A DNA stretch of 64,000 nt from NCBI GenBank assembly GCA_043228905.1, contig JBHGNT010000001.1, forward strand, positions 5,704,001-5,768,000, read 5' to 3'. Both the position numbers and the translations under genes were made by a program. Below are positions 14,189 through 26,900 of the stretch, piece after piece (the stretch's first letter is position 1; each line of letters starts with the position of its first letter). Origin of the DNA: Azolla caroliniana (Eukaryota; Plantae; Polypodiophyta). The notes under the pieces were generated by a model that was not told the origin of the DNA, searched no databases, and was given only the letters and a program-made list of their open reading frames with translations.

Positions 14189-14501
14189 GGGAAAAGTACC
14201 AGGATGCCCCTCGAAGTTCGTCTATTTACCAAAATGCCCCTGAAAGTTCAAAATTTACCAAACTACCCCTATGTCCAAAAAATTACACTTTATAAAGTAA
14301 TTATACACTCAAATCTACAAGCCCTATTTATCAAAGATGGAAGAAATGGACCCGAATTAGCCCTATTTACCAAAGATTTGAGTGTATAATTACTTTATAA
14401 AGTGTAATTTTCTGGACATAGGGGTAGTTCGGTAAATTTGGAGCTTCTAGGGGCATTCTGGTAAATAGACGAACTTCCTGGGGTATCCTGGTACTTTTCC
14501 C
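14189..14501. mobile_element. Mutator-like MITE, copy 2 (313 bp)
   Basis: Same TIRs as copy 1; perfect 9-bp TSD TATTAATTA at 14180-14188 and 14502-14510. Confidence 0.92.
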
Positions 14502-15883
14502 TATTAATTAACGTTGATTAAGCATTATATTAGGATCCCCAATTTTTCCTAATATAATCTTGTCTTGTGTAAATCTCCTATTCTCTTGTCTCTGAGACAT
14601 GACCATACACATAGAAAGAGTTTTCAATCCACTTCTTTTGGTAATACTTAATCCTTAATAGAAATATTTACCATGTTCTTTATGATTTTGTGAATGTTGC
14701 TTCCAAACACAACAAATGAGGATATAGACCTAGAAACCTTCAAGAGAATGTAAAAACAACATTATTCCTTCATAAAAACCTTAAACATGATGTGTTTATG
14801 CAGAACCCCATCAACTAATTTTGAGAAATCAAGGGGATAGTATGTAGGCTAAGGAAGGGCCTACATGGCACGATGCTTCGGATACAACAATGATTGTTGC
14901 TTGGACACCAAGTCATGTTTCAATGGTAGTCTCGTCCTCCGCTTCAGATGAAATGTTGATCATGAGAAGTCAATGGAAGACATTAGGGGTAAGAAGCAAA
15001 GCTGAGCAAAACAACTTTGGAAAGGAATAAATGTGAGGTCGTCCATACTGATTTGTTGTTGGGAAGCATGATATATTTCATGATGTGCACAAAAGTCTAG
15101 GTCCAACATGATCATGTTTGTAATGGTAGACTGGTAGTGCCTTGTAAGTTCATGTCAAAACTGAAAGAGAAGCATGGGGAAGATGTAAAGAAAAAAAGTG
15201 TCACTTTAGTGGTACAAGACTCAAGTAACCAAGATCCAAGTAGTCATAGTTGGATTTTTGGATTCGAGCTACGTTGTATGTATGATAAAAGAATATCTTC
15301 ATTAGGGTATACTTTCCAATTTTCCACCAAGTCAATATGTAACCAATGAAGCATGTAAGGAGGAACTATGCTTTCTAACTTGGCAATAAATATGGGAATG
15401 GCCCACAAACGCTCACTCCTCCATAGATATAGTTAGAAGTACCATGTTGTTGACAACAAATCATATCTTTCATTGAAAGACGAAACACAATCAAAGAGTG
15501 TCACCATTTTATTCAAGGTTGCATAGATAAGAATCATATTGTTATGTTAGAAGTGCACACATATTGTTATGTTATGTTAGAAGGTTGCATAGATAAAAAT
15601 CATATTGTTATGTTAGAAGTGCACACATTAGAAACACAACGAATACATTTTAAAGGCTCTTTCCACAATACGCTTCTAACAATATAACAAGTCAACGATT
15701 TGATCACAATAGCCATTACTTCAAGTCACGTGTTGGTTGGGAGATTCTTGTAATTTGATACCCTAAGGTGAAAGGACAATCGAATCGACGTGAATCTCCT
15801 AGTACAATAATCAACTGCTCTCTAATATCTAGAATGAAAAATGCAAAGAATTAACTACCCTTACCATTAGAGTGATTATCTAA

Positions 15884-16191
15884 TGTAAGCATATGATAAG
15901 GATATAATATATATGAAATAAGAAAGGAGAGAGAGAAAGAAGGGTGTCGATCCACTCAACCACCCCCAAGCAAAGGAATCGAGACAGACTTGAGCCTTGA
16001 TCGGCATCCCATACCACCGTCGTGGCGTCGAGTCGTACTTGGTGCTGGCGCTCTCACTACAAGAGTTGACCCACCACGAAACAAAGTCTCGACGTAGTCA
16101 AGAGATGATGAAATGAGGGTAGTTAGGCCTCATATTTATAGCGAGACCCAAGGCCCCAGGCAAGTTCACACTTGGCCTAATGGGTTGTCTT
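15884..16191 (-). mobile_element. Chromovirus-family solo LTR (element A), left part; continues at 46463
   Basis: Colinear with the LTR at ~40262-40563 up to GGGTTGTCT, where the hAT element interrupts. Left boundary is approximate (candidate TSD TAATG at 15881-15885 and 46596-46600). Confidence 0.75.
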
Positions 16192-17060
16192 TAGGGATCG
16201 GCAACGGTTCGGTTTAGGCTTAGCCGGTTTGGCCTTATCCAAGCCAAACCAGTTAAGCCTAAACCGTTTTGGGGTTCTCAAACTTGAACCAAACCAAACC
16301 AAACCGGTTCACAAACCGGTGTCATGAAGATTCCGGGCCATAGTGAGAAACCGGGGAATATTGGAAGAATCGGCAGAGTGGACCATGTGCACTCACCCTT
16401 GTACAAATCATGTAAATGATAGGGGCGCCATCATGGCGCCAGACAGTAGTTAGTTCGGGACAGAGGATCCCATGTAATATGGGATTTATCCCACATTGTT
16501 ACGCATCCCTCTCATTGTTCTATAAAAGGAAGGGAGCGCCCTTTGTGAAGGGGTTGCCCATTTTGAGTTAGGAGGGTATACCTTTAGATTTAGGTTAGGT
16601 AGTTTCTTCTTCTTCTTCGTTGTCGTATGGGTCGAGAGTTCGTGTCTGTTTAGGGTTTGTTTCTACTCGGTCTCCTGTGCAAGACCCCGCTCGGCGTGAC
16701 GAGCCCGATAGCTCCCCCGATCTGCGGCTTGCCAGCAGATTGTTGTTGTAACCTAACCTACCTTGGTCCGGCTCGAAGCTGGGGATGTATTCTTTCCCTT
16801 GTAATATACATACTCGTATCTGTGTGTGCATATTGGTGTATTTGGTGGTGTCGGAAGCACAACCCCTTGCTTCTTGTGCATAAGAGTTGGTGTCGCGCGC
16901 ATGCTCTCCCTCTCCTTTGTCTCTCTCTTTGTCTCTCTCGTGTTCGGTTACATCTAGGTCATGTCCGGTGTCAAGTTTCTTGGCATCCCTTTTCTCCCTC
17001 GTCCGAGACCCCTGTGGTCCCGCCCCTTCTACACGCACACGCGTAACAACGCGACATATT

Positions 17061-17078
17061 TGGTGAACCCGACATGAA
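17061..17078 (+). promoter_or_regulatory. Primer-binding site, tRNA-Trp (element B)
   Basis: TGGTGAACCCGACATGAA, complementary with one mismatch to the plant tRNA-Trp 3' end as recalled (...TTCACGTCGGGTTCACCA). Confidence 0.75.
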
Positions 17079-20000
17079 GGGCGGCAAGGAAGAATGGACT
17101 TGGAAGAAAACGACTTTGCACAACTTTTTGTTGAAGCGGCGAGGGAGTTTGGATGAGCAACAACAAGAAGAGAGACGGCGCAGCAAGCTGTCGAATGCGT
17201 GGTCGAAAGAGTCAGCCGTTTCAACGGGGACAATGTCCCATTCTACTTGGAAGAATACAATGCGGAAATGGAGGAGCGAGACGCAGACGAGGCATTGAGG
17301 CTGGAGTTCTTCTGTCGGGTCGTCGTCGTCCGTATGCACGCGGAAGTGAAGGAGCTCCAAGAAGCTCATAGTTCGTGGGAGGCCTTCGAAGAGGCACTCC
17401 TGCAGGCATATGGAGGACGTCGGAAGAGTCGGGGATGACGCGGCTTCGACCAGTAGGTGGCATCAGCGAAGACCTACCGGGGCGCAACGAAGGCGTTCCG
17501 AGAGTTCGAGAGATGGCTTGCTTGGCTCCCGAATCGGGAACAAGGTTTGGTGGGGGCGGACAAAGTCTTGTTGTTCGTTAGGTCGAATGACTGATCGGAA
17601 CGGGAGGCCATCGGGATTGAGCTCGAAGACGATGACGGAGCGAATGGCCTTACGGAGGACTGGTCGAAGGTCGGAAGGGTATGCCAACGGCTAGATGACG
17701 AGCGAGCAGAGAAGGCTAAGACGAAGGCGCGTGACGACGTGCCATCATAGCGGGAAGAGGTCGAACGACAAAGAGAGTTGGCAAGGCTCGGCTTCGGGGC
17801 CAGGATTGCGGAGGCGTACGGAGCTCTCGAGGCAATGCTTGAGGAAGAGGAAAGATCGAGGCCGCGAGCCGACACTGAGGAGACGAACTTGCCCCACGAG
17901 ATGGCAGAAGATCGGTACGACGGTACCACGGGAGAGGGTGCGGAACAAAACGCCCTCTCAGGTTGCGGAGATAGAACGGCCGAGGACAAGGCCGAGGTAC
18001 CGATCGCAGAATCGTAACGTTGGGGCCGGCGGTTTCGGGCACGTCAGCCCGAATCTCCGGACATTAGAGAAGCAAGCCTAGGCGGGGCTTGCACGATCGG
18101 TAAGAAGACGACCACTGACCATGAGGAGCCGGTGGCTACGGACAAGGGCGAAAAACGGACGGGTGATTCTTTGCGTCTTCCCACACTTGCTCTCGAGATG
18201 ATGGCAGTCGGGCCCGAGTGACCACGTGAGTCCCAAGAGGAGGAAGGCGGTGGCGTGAGACCGAGAATCACCGGCGAGACGATACGGGGAAGGAACGAAC
18301 AAGAGCCCTCGGGACTGATTCCGAAGAACTCGGCATTCGGGCCCTTACGCCCATGTGAGACCGAGGAGACGGATGATAGTATCGAGGAGTCCTGGCACAA
18401 TGCCAACGAAGATGGATGGGAAATGGCCCGCCAAAAGGTCGACGAAGAGACCAAGAAACGACCCGACTGGGGACCGAACTACGCAACGCTCCAATTCGGG
18501 TGGAGCGCGATCCGGTCGTGGATTGTTCAATCGAGGCCAGAATCGGCATGAAGGTGCCGATACGGGAGAGGGTGCGGAACAAACCGCCCTCCTTTACATG
18601 GGGAGAAAGATCGACCAGGCGAAGGTTGGGAAATGAAAGGGAAATGATCGAGGGTGCGAAACGAGTCCGGCAGGATCAGTATCAGAGCCGAAACTCCAGA
18701 CATTGGAGAATCAAGCCCAGGCGAGGCTTGATCGATCATAGAGCGGATGCTTTCCATCGAAACCACTAACAGGGTCGGTGGCCCGGATGAGTCGTCGAGA
18801 GTCGTTACGGAATCGGTGTCCCCACATCTTGACCGAAGACTTCGGTAGTTCGACCGGCGTGGCAACGTGAGACCGGAAGAGATGGAAGATGGAGGCGGGA
18901 CCACAACGAGGAGAGCGACGACGAGTCTGGGAGAAGTACAAGGGACGAAGCGGAGAGCGAAGACCGGTCCTATGGGTCACCTCACACCGAATCTAGAGAC
19001 TTCGGCGGTCGGCATCGGGTCCGACGTAAGACCAAGATACTGACAGTGGCGGCAGGAGAACGAGACCCGGCAATCCAGAGAATGACGAACAGGCCCGGAC
19101 GAGAACCGGGCGGAGCGGACTTCCGGATAACCGATCCGGAAGAGGGGAGAGAGCAGGCCTACGAAGAGGCCGGGAACACGGTACGTCGGTACCACGGGAG
19201 AGGGTGTGGAGCGAGCCACCCTCTCGACTTGCGGACAAAGACGACCCAAGATAAGGGTCTGGGATACAATGAGCCCAAGGAGGATCCTTCACACTGGTTC
19301 CATAGACTCCGGCGGTCGGCCCGAGAGCCGGCATGAGACCTAGAGTGACGAATGGTGGCGGCGCGAGGGGACGAAGGCAAAGGACAACAGAAGGGCGGTC
19401 TACGGAGATCCTCACACCGATCCGGCGGTCGGCCCGAGTGCTGGCGTGAGCCCTATAGGAGAGAACGGTGGCGGCAGCTGAACGTGACCAGCAGAAGAGG
19501 CTGACATGGAGGTCGGGACTACGGCGAGAGGAGACGCCAAGGGGGAAGTCCCATGAAGATCCTCACACCGATCCGGCGGTCAGCCCGAGTGTCGAATATG
19601 AGTGTATAATGGCCGTATTCACATTGTCCCTTTGGACAACCCAAGTTTGGGCCATTTCTGTAAATAGCATAAAGGGCAGTTGCCCTAGGATAGTCACTAT
19701 ATAAAGTGACTTTGTAACCTTTAGTGAAGGTTGGTTGTCATTTGTAACTGTTGCTATTGGAATATAACGTTTCCTTTGTGCCTCTCTCTCTCTCTCTCTC
19801 TCTCTGTGTCTATCTTGTTCACGCATACATAGGTTATTCTTCATCACGAATGTTGCTTGCACTTCCGCATTGACGGCCTTGTCCCTAACATTTGGTATTA
19901 GAGCATTGGAGGTTCTTCAACCTGATACCGGCTGTCATCGCACAACACAATATTCTGTTTTCGTTTTCTTTGAAGAACAGAGAAGGGAGAAGAAAAACAA

Positions 20001-20744
20001 AAAGCTCGCATCTCACTGTGTTAAATCACAAATTGGAGTAAGCCAGTCGGTTGTACTCTGTTCCTATGATTGTAACCGCTTGAGGGGAGCTCCTTGAGCA
20101 ACAACCGACCCAATCGTGCTTCATTCGGTTAAACAACCAAATAGGTCACCGGACGCTATTCACTTGCTTGTTGTAACCACCCGCTGCAGATTGGTCTCCT
20201 GGCAACAACCACTTCGTGCTTTAATCGGTTGATTGACATTCGGGAGGATCAGTTGGATCCGTCCCTCTCATAGCTGCAGTCATCCGAAGTTGAATCGGTC
20301 CAAACAATTGGTCTCGTGTAATCGGTATTCGGCATACAATCGAAAGCTAACCGGGCTCACTCCAACTCGGCAACATTCGGGAAGACCAACTGGTTCTGTC
20401 TCTCAAGTTACCGTTGTCGTGAAGAAAACCGTCCCTTAGCGCAATCGGTGCATAGCACGCGTGAACCGGCTCTTCACGCGTGCGCGCCCTTTAAATGTAT
20501 ATAATAGAGAATTAGGTACAAAGGTATGTCCTAGGTAGTTAGATTCGGTAGGTAGGAAGTTAATGAGGGAAACGGCTTCCTTGTGGAAGCTATAAAAGAG
20601 CGGGAGACGCGGGGAGAAGGGGATCGCGCATTGAGGAGGACGAAGTGCTGTCGGACCGTAACCGAACGCTTCTCCTCTGTTCGTTCCCCATCGCTCTTCT
20701 CTGCAGGGTTTTCAGGAGGCTCGCGCTGCTTCGAGGAACGCAGT

Positions 20745-21395
20745 TGTTGCATTACTACGCGCGTGCGTGGAGAAACGAGGCGGGACCACCGGGGTCTTGA
20801 ACCGAAGAGCAGGTGATAGAAGGGGAAAGAGAAGGAGAGAGAGACCCGATCACGTATGAGCAAAGAAACACAGGGGCACGGCCCGTCAACACAGAAGACA
20901 CGAATGGACACAGAGACAGGGAGACATAAATGTCTGTATATTAACGAATAACAAATACAAAACAGAGCACGCGAGCGGTTACAACCGAACAGGCCGGCGA
21001 ACAGATGCCGATGCCTGTTCGTCTGCGCACGAAAAGGAGAAAAGGGTGGAGGTGCTGCTGGAAGCACACGAGCGTTCCTCGAAGCAGCGCGAGCCTCCCG
21101 AAAACCCTGCAGAGAAGAGTGATAGAGAACGAATCTGAGGAGAAGCGTTCGGTTCCGGTCCGACAGCACTTCGTCCTCCTTAATGCGCGATGCTTTCTCC
21201 CTGCGTCTCCCTCTCCTTTATAGCTTCAAGAAGGGAGCCGTCTCCCTCATTTACTTCCTACCTACCGAATCTAACTACCCGGATATGCCTTTGTACTTAA
21301 TTCCCTATTATATACATTAAGGGCGCGCACACGTGAAGAGATGGTTCACGCGCGCTATGCACCGATTGCGCCAAGGGACGGTTTTCTTCACGATA
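20745..21395 (-). mobile_element. Solo LTR of the element-C family, inserted in reverse inside the 5' LTR of C
   Basis: Reverse complement of the C LTR end to end; 4-bp TSD CAGT (20741-20744) / CCGT (21396-21399); the uninterrupted 3' LTR reads GGAACG-CCGT-GTGCTT. Confidence 0.9.
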
Positions 21396-21741
21396 CCGTG
21401 TGCTTCCGGCAGCACCTCCATCCTATCCCCCTTCGTGCGTAGACGAACAGGCATCGGCATCTGTTCGCCGGCCTGTTCGGTTGTAACCGTTCGCGTGCTC
21501 TGTTGTTTATTTGTCATTCGTTAATATACAAACATTTGTGTCTCTCTGTCTCTGTGTCCATTCGTGTCTTCTGCGTTGACGGGTCGTGCCCCCCCCTGTG
21601 TTTCTTTGCTCATACGTAACCGGGCGTCTCTCTCTTTCTCTTTCCCCTTCTAACACCTGCTCTTCGTTTCAAGACCCCAGTGGTCCCGCCTCGTTTCTCC
21701 ACGCACGCGCGTAGTAACGCGACATCTTTGGTGAACCCGAC

Positions 21742-23909
21742 ATGAAACAGGCGGTAGAGGAGCAGAAGATGAGGGGGTCAGATCTTGCAGAGGCCATGGC
21801 TTCGGCCGTGGACCGGATGGTGAGCGCGCGCGAGGGCACCGGCGCCCTTGACAGGGCTATTGAGGCGATCGTCGATACGATCAGCCGGTTCAGTGGAAAG
21901 GATGCCACGAGTTATTTGGCGTCCTACCGGGTGGAGATGTTGATGAGGGATATTCCGGAAGAGAGGTGTCTTGCCGGATTCCCTCGAGTGGCGACGCCGG
22001 ACATCCATGCGGAGGTGCTCGAGGTCCGGGCGGAGAGCCGAACCTGGGAGGAGTTCGAAGGACGGCTCCTGGAGAAATACGGGCTGGATGACGCGCTTCG
22101 ACTTTCGAAGCGGGGCTTCATGGAGTGGGTGGAGTCCCCCAACAAAGGAAGAAATGCGTCGGTACTCCTCCGGGAGTTTGAGGAACGCTTTGCGCGCCTT
22201 TCGGCGCTCGATCGGACCGTTCTGGACACGAGTCGTGTCCTACTGTTTGTCAAATCGGTTGACGAACGGGATCGGGAGCAAGTGGTCTCCTTACTGGAAA
22301 CCGAAGACGGGCTGACGACGGACTGGGCCGCGGTAAAAAGAGTCTGCGGCCGTTTTGACAAACGGCGGGAGTGGGCTGATATAGGGGCGACCGGGGCGGG
22401 TCCTGTCGCATCAAGGAAGCTCGAACCGATACCGCAGGCGCGAAGGGAAGAGACCCGGGAGTGGCTCGAAACCGGTTCGGCTTCGACCGGCGTGGTCAGA
22501 GGCTCGTCTGAGGGAACAACTTTGGAGGAGTTGACACGGGCGGTAAAGGATCTCCAGATCGCCCAGGCTCGGAGGGAAGGCGGTGAATAGGCTCGTGACC
22601 GATGACCTCCAGCAGGAAATAGGTGCATGTGGTGCGACGAGGTCGGCCACATCCGGAAAGACTGCGGGGACTTTGCGGAGGCTTTGAGAAGCCGGGTAGT
22701 GTACCTGTGGGAAGGTCGGGTGCACGCCAGCGATACCCGGAGGGCCCTTAACCGGAACGATGGGCGAGGAGGAATGAAAAGGCTGATGGAAGAGGCGGCG
22801 GCCCGGCACGTGGAGACCATCCACTACTCGGCGTCAGCCGGTATTCAGGTCGGAGGCAGCGAGGCCTGGAAGGAGAGCCAAGCCGGGTTCTGGCCGACGA
22901 TGCTGGAAGGCCTCGCCGGTGCCCGACTAAGGAAAGACGAGGCGGACCGCGCGGAGAAGCGGGTCCAGGAGGTAACCGGGTGGAGTGACCCGGTTGAAGA
23001 AAAGACGGGTTTCGTCGAAGCAGCTTGCCAGAATTACGAGGCTCTGGTAGAAGACAAACAGGTAGGTAAAACTGGAGGGGCCGGACCCTCACAGAGATAC
23101 GAAACCTGATTCAGGCCGAAACGGAACGAGGCCGGTGAGACCAGTGCCCGGGATAACCACAAGAAGGGCGGATGCCGGTTGGGCACAAAGATCGAAAGGA
23201 CCACGGACCTACGAAAGGTCCTGGAAGAACAAATCCTCGACAGCAAGGTGGAACTGTCGTTGCGGGAGGTGCTCGGAATCGCCAAGAAGGAGTTCCACGA
23301 CTCCATCGTAGACTTGGTGAAGAGGAAGAGGCTGTCGACGGAGACAGAACCGGAAAGGCCGGTGGAGGTGCGGATGACGCACATAGAGGACATGGCGCTG
23401 GAAGACGAGTGGGCGGAGAGCCACTATTCGAGGCCACACTGGGCCCGAGTGACCACGGAAACCCTGGTGAAGATCGGAGATGTTCAGGAACCGGTGGTGG
23501 CGCTAGTGGACCACGGTTCGGAAATAAACCTGATGTCCATGGACTTCTACAAGAAGGGGAAATGGCCGATCAACACCAAGCACATGTGGAAGATATGGGC
23601 GGCGACGTGCACCACCGAGGAACTACACGGGGCCTGCCCAAACGTGCGAGTCAAGATCGGCGACGTCGAGATAGACCAACACTTCTTTGTGCAGGAGACG
23701 TCCTCGCACCCGGTCATGCTGGGAGAACCATACTGGGACCAGCACTTCTTTGTGCAGCGCGGATGGCGACCAAGGTACTGGACAACGGGTCGGCTTACGC
23801 GAGGGTCAAGAGTCAGGACGAGCGTCATTCGGTCCAGTTCCTGACAGTGCGACCGAACCACGAGCGAAACCGCGAGTCCCTCGGTGGCGAGAATTGACAT
23901 GATTTTTAG
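21742..23909 (+). pseudogene. gag-protease of element C (stops and frameshift)
   Basis: RFSGKDATSYL capsid-like region, zinc knuckle CMWCDEVGHIRKDC, aspartic protease ALVDHGSEINLM; ends GAT TTT TAG. Confidence 0.85.
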
Positions 23910-26900
23910 AAAGGGCTGTCAAGGCGTGGGGCCGCGATAGTCCGAACACTCCAGGAAAACCCCACAAATGTACGATAGATGCGAAACCGAAGAAACCTTG
24001 TACCATAAGTAGGAAGTTTTGTTTCTCCGACAACGGAGGATGTACGATAGTCGGCGTCGTTGGCCGAGAAAAGACAAGGGCGGAAGAGCGACTTCGGGCG
24101 TGCGGAGTTCTTGGGCACAACGAGGAAATCAACGGAGCCGTGGAGGCGGTCTCCTTTGACGATACCTTGGGAATACTGCGAGAGGTGGTCGGAGAGGGCC
24201 TTAAAGAGGACCGGATGATACCGGTTTGTTCAGAAGAGATGTACGAAGTCATCGCGGACTTCAGTCGGGGGCTCGAGTCGGATCGGACGGCCCGGGTTAA
24301 CACGAAGTACAAGACTGTGGACCGGAAGGTAAGGCCAGTCGCGGCACCCTTACCGGAGGGCAGCGAGTTGCGAATCAAGGGGGTCGTGTCGGACCCCAGT
24401 TTATGAGATCCGGCCTGCATAGGACACACCTTCACCGACAGAACGCTACGGGAGCTCAAAATCGGTGGGGGCGGGTTCCTACTGCCGGCGGAAGAAGACC
24501 GGTTTCGGAGAATGCTCAGAAGGCACGGAAAAGCCTTCGCATTCTCATCGGGAGAGATCGGGTGCGTGGACCCGACAGTCGTGAAGCCAATGTTGATATT
24601 CACGGTACCGCATGTGCCGTGGAATCTCAAACCAATTCCGGTACCGAGAGCTCACATCCCGGAGCTGATGGAGCTGTTGAAGCAGAAAGTCGATATGGGC
24701 ATCCTCGAACCGTCGAGTGCCCCGTACTCGAACCGGTGGTTTACCGTACCGAAGAAGAACGGGACGTTGCGCTTCATTCAAGACCTGCAACCGGTCAACA
24801 GAGTGACCATTCGGAACGCAGGAATCGGACCAACGATAGATGAGTTCGCGGAGGCCTTCGCCGGAAGGTCGATCTACTTGGTCGGTGATCTGTACTCGGG
24901 GTAAGATCAGTTCCAACTAGCCGTAGAGAGCAGAGACATTACGATGATGCGGACTCCTCTCGGCCTAGTGCGGATGTGTACCCTGCCACAAGGAGGGACG
25001 AACTCGGTGGCCCACATGGTGAATGCGATGAACAAGGTGCTGAGGGATTGTATCCTGGACATCACCATGCCATTCTTGGACGACATCCCGATCAAGGGAT
25101 GTCCGGTGGAGGAAAAGGACGAAACGATCGGACCAGACGGGTGCCGGAAATTTGTGGCGACACACATTGACGACTGCGAGAGGGTGCTGCAGAGGCTAGA
25201 GGACGCGAGGCTCACCTTCTCCGGAGAGAAATCGGCCTTCGGGCAATCAGAGATCATGGTCGTCGGACATCTATGCGGACCGTATGGTCGGAAACCGTCT
25301 CCGGCTAAGGTGGAAGCCATCTCTGCAATGAAGCCCGACTGTAAGTCGGTCACGGAGGTACGGAGGTTCTTGGGAGCATACACGTTCTACCACATATGGA
25401 TCCCGCATTACGCCCACGTTGCCGAGCCGCTATACGGGTTGCTGAAAAAGGGGCGAAAATTCGAGTGGCGAGACGAGCATACGGAGTCGGTTCGAAAGAT
25501 GAAGGAGGCTCTTGCTGGAGCTCCGACACTCCGGAAGGCTGCCTACGAGAAAGGCACTCCCATCTACATAACGGTAGATACAAGTCCGACCGGGATCGAA
25601 TGGGTCGTCAACCAAGAAGATGAGGAAGGCATTCGGGTCCCAATCTGGTTCGGCGCGAAGGTCCTCAACGAGCGACAGCGAGGACACACCCAGGCTAAAA
25701 GCGAACTCTGGGGTATCGTTTCGGCGGTAAAGGCCGATAAAGACTATCTGATCGGGACAGAGGTGATTATCGAGACGGACTGCCTGCTGATTCTCGGCAT
25801 GGTTTCCGGATGCGCAACCCCGGACCTGGCAATGCTCTGGTGGATAGCGTACATCAAGTCCTTGAATCCAGAAATACGACACATTTCCGGGAAAGACAAT
25901 GCCATGGCCGACATGCTTTCGAGGGCGCGATTCGAGGACGAGGGCGGAATGGTTTCAGAGGACGAGGAAGTCGGTGTGGACTTCTTCGAGGCGGCTTACG
26001 TAACAACCGAGGGGGGGAGCACTCCGGCGCTTAACGATTTTAACGAGAGCAAGTACGACGGGGAGTGGCTGCAGATTGGGGGATTCTTAAGGACAATGAC
26101 GCCGGATGCGTCATGGACAAAGGACGAGGCCAACCGGATCCGGAAGAAAGCGTACCAATTCTTTCTCCGGGACGGATACTTGTGGAAGCACCCGAAGAAG
26201 AGAAACGACATCCTACTCCGAGTAGTGGCGATGGAGGAGGAACAGGAGGAGTTGCTGAAGGCCTACCACGACAGCCCCTGGGCTGGACACCGTGGGACGT
26301 GGGCCACGTTCGAGAAACTAAAGGGGAAGTACTGGTGGCCGGGACTATACCGGGACGTGCATCGGTTCGTGACAACTTGTGAGAGTTGTTAGATACACTC
26401 CATAGTCTGACATCGGGACGAGCTTCACCCTACATACCCTCTGGCCATCCACTTCAAATGGATGGTAGATTTGGTGACGATGCCGATGGGCGTAGGGCAG
26501 AAGCGATATCTGGTGCTGGCCCGGGAGGACCTGACGAACCAGGTGGAAGGCCGAGCCCTGCAGAACAAAACGACCGCGACCGTGTGTCGGTTCCTGATCG
26601 AGGACGTGATATGCCGGTACGGGTGCGTTGGGAAGATCGTGGCTGACCGTGGGGAGTTGGATGCTGAAGAGGCCGAGGAGCTGTTCGACCGGTTAGGGGT
26701 CAAGCTCTCGCTCACCACAACGTACAATCCGGAGGCGAACGGGAAGGTGGAGCGCGGACACGAACCGATCGTCAAAGCACTAGTCCGGGCGTGCGGAGGC
26801 CAGGTCGGGAACTGGCCACGACTGTTACCTTATGCCTTGTGGGCGGACCGGACAACGCACAGTTCGGTAACCGGGTTCATGCCGTCGGAGCTCATGTTCG

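Noticed and set aside
14204-14389. Near-identical small ORF in both MITE copies (also 7289-7534)
   Set aside because: Identity follows from the MITE duplication; there is no independent coding evidence.
15517-15630. Short local duplications (ggttgcatagataa..tcatattgttatgttagaag)
   Set aside because: Real, but looks like an ordinary slippage or repair scar with no further structure.
18210-18226. Exact 17-nt match GGGCCCGAGTGACCACG between the B repeat module and the pre-protease region of C (~23441)
   Set aside because: It might hint at the module's origin, but one 17-mer match in this much GC-rich sequence is not clearly beyond chance and the flanks align poorly.
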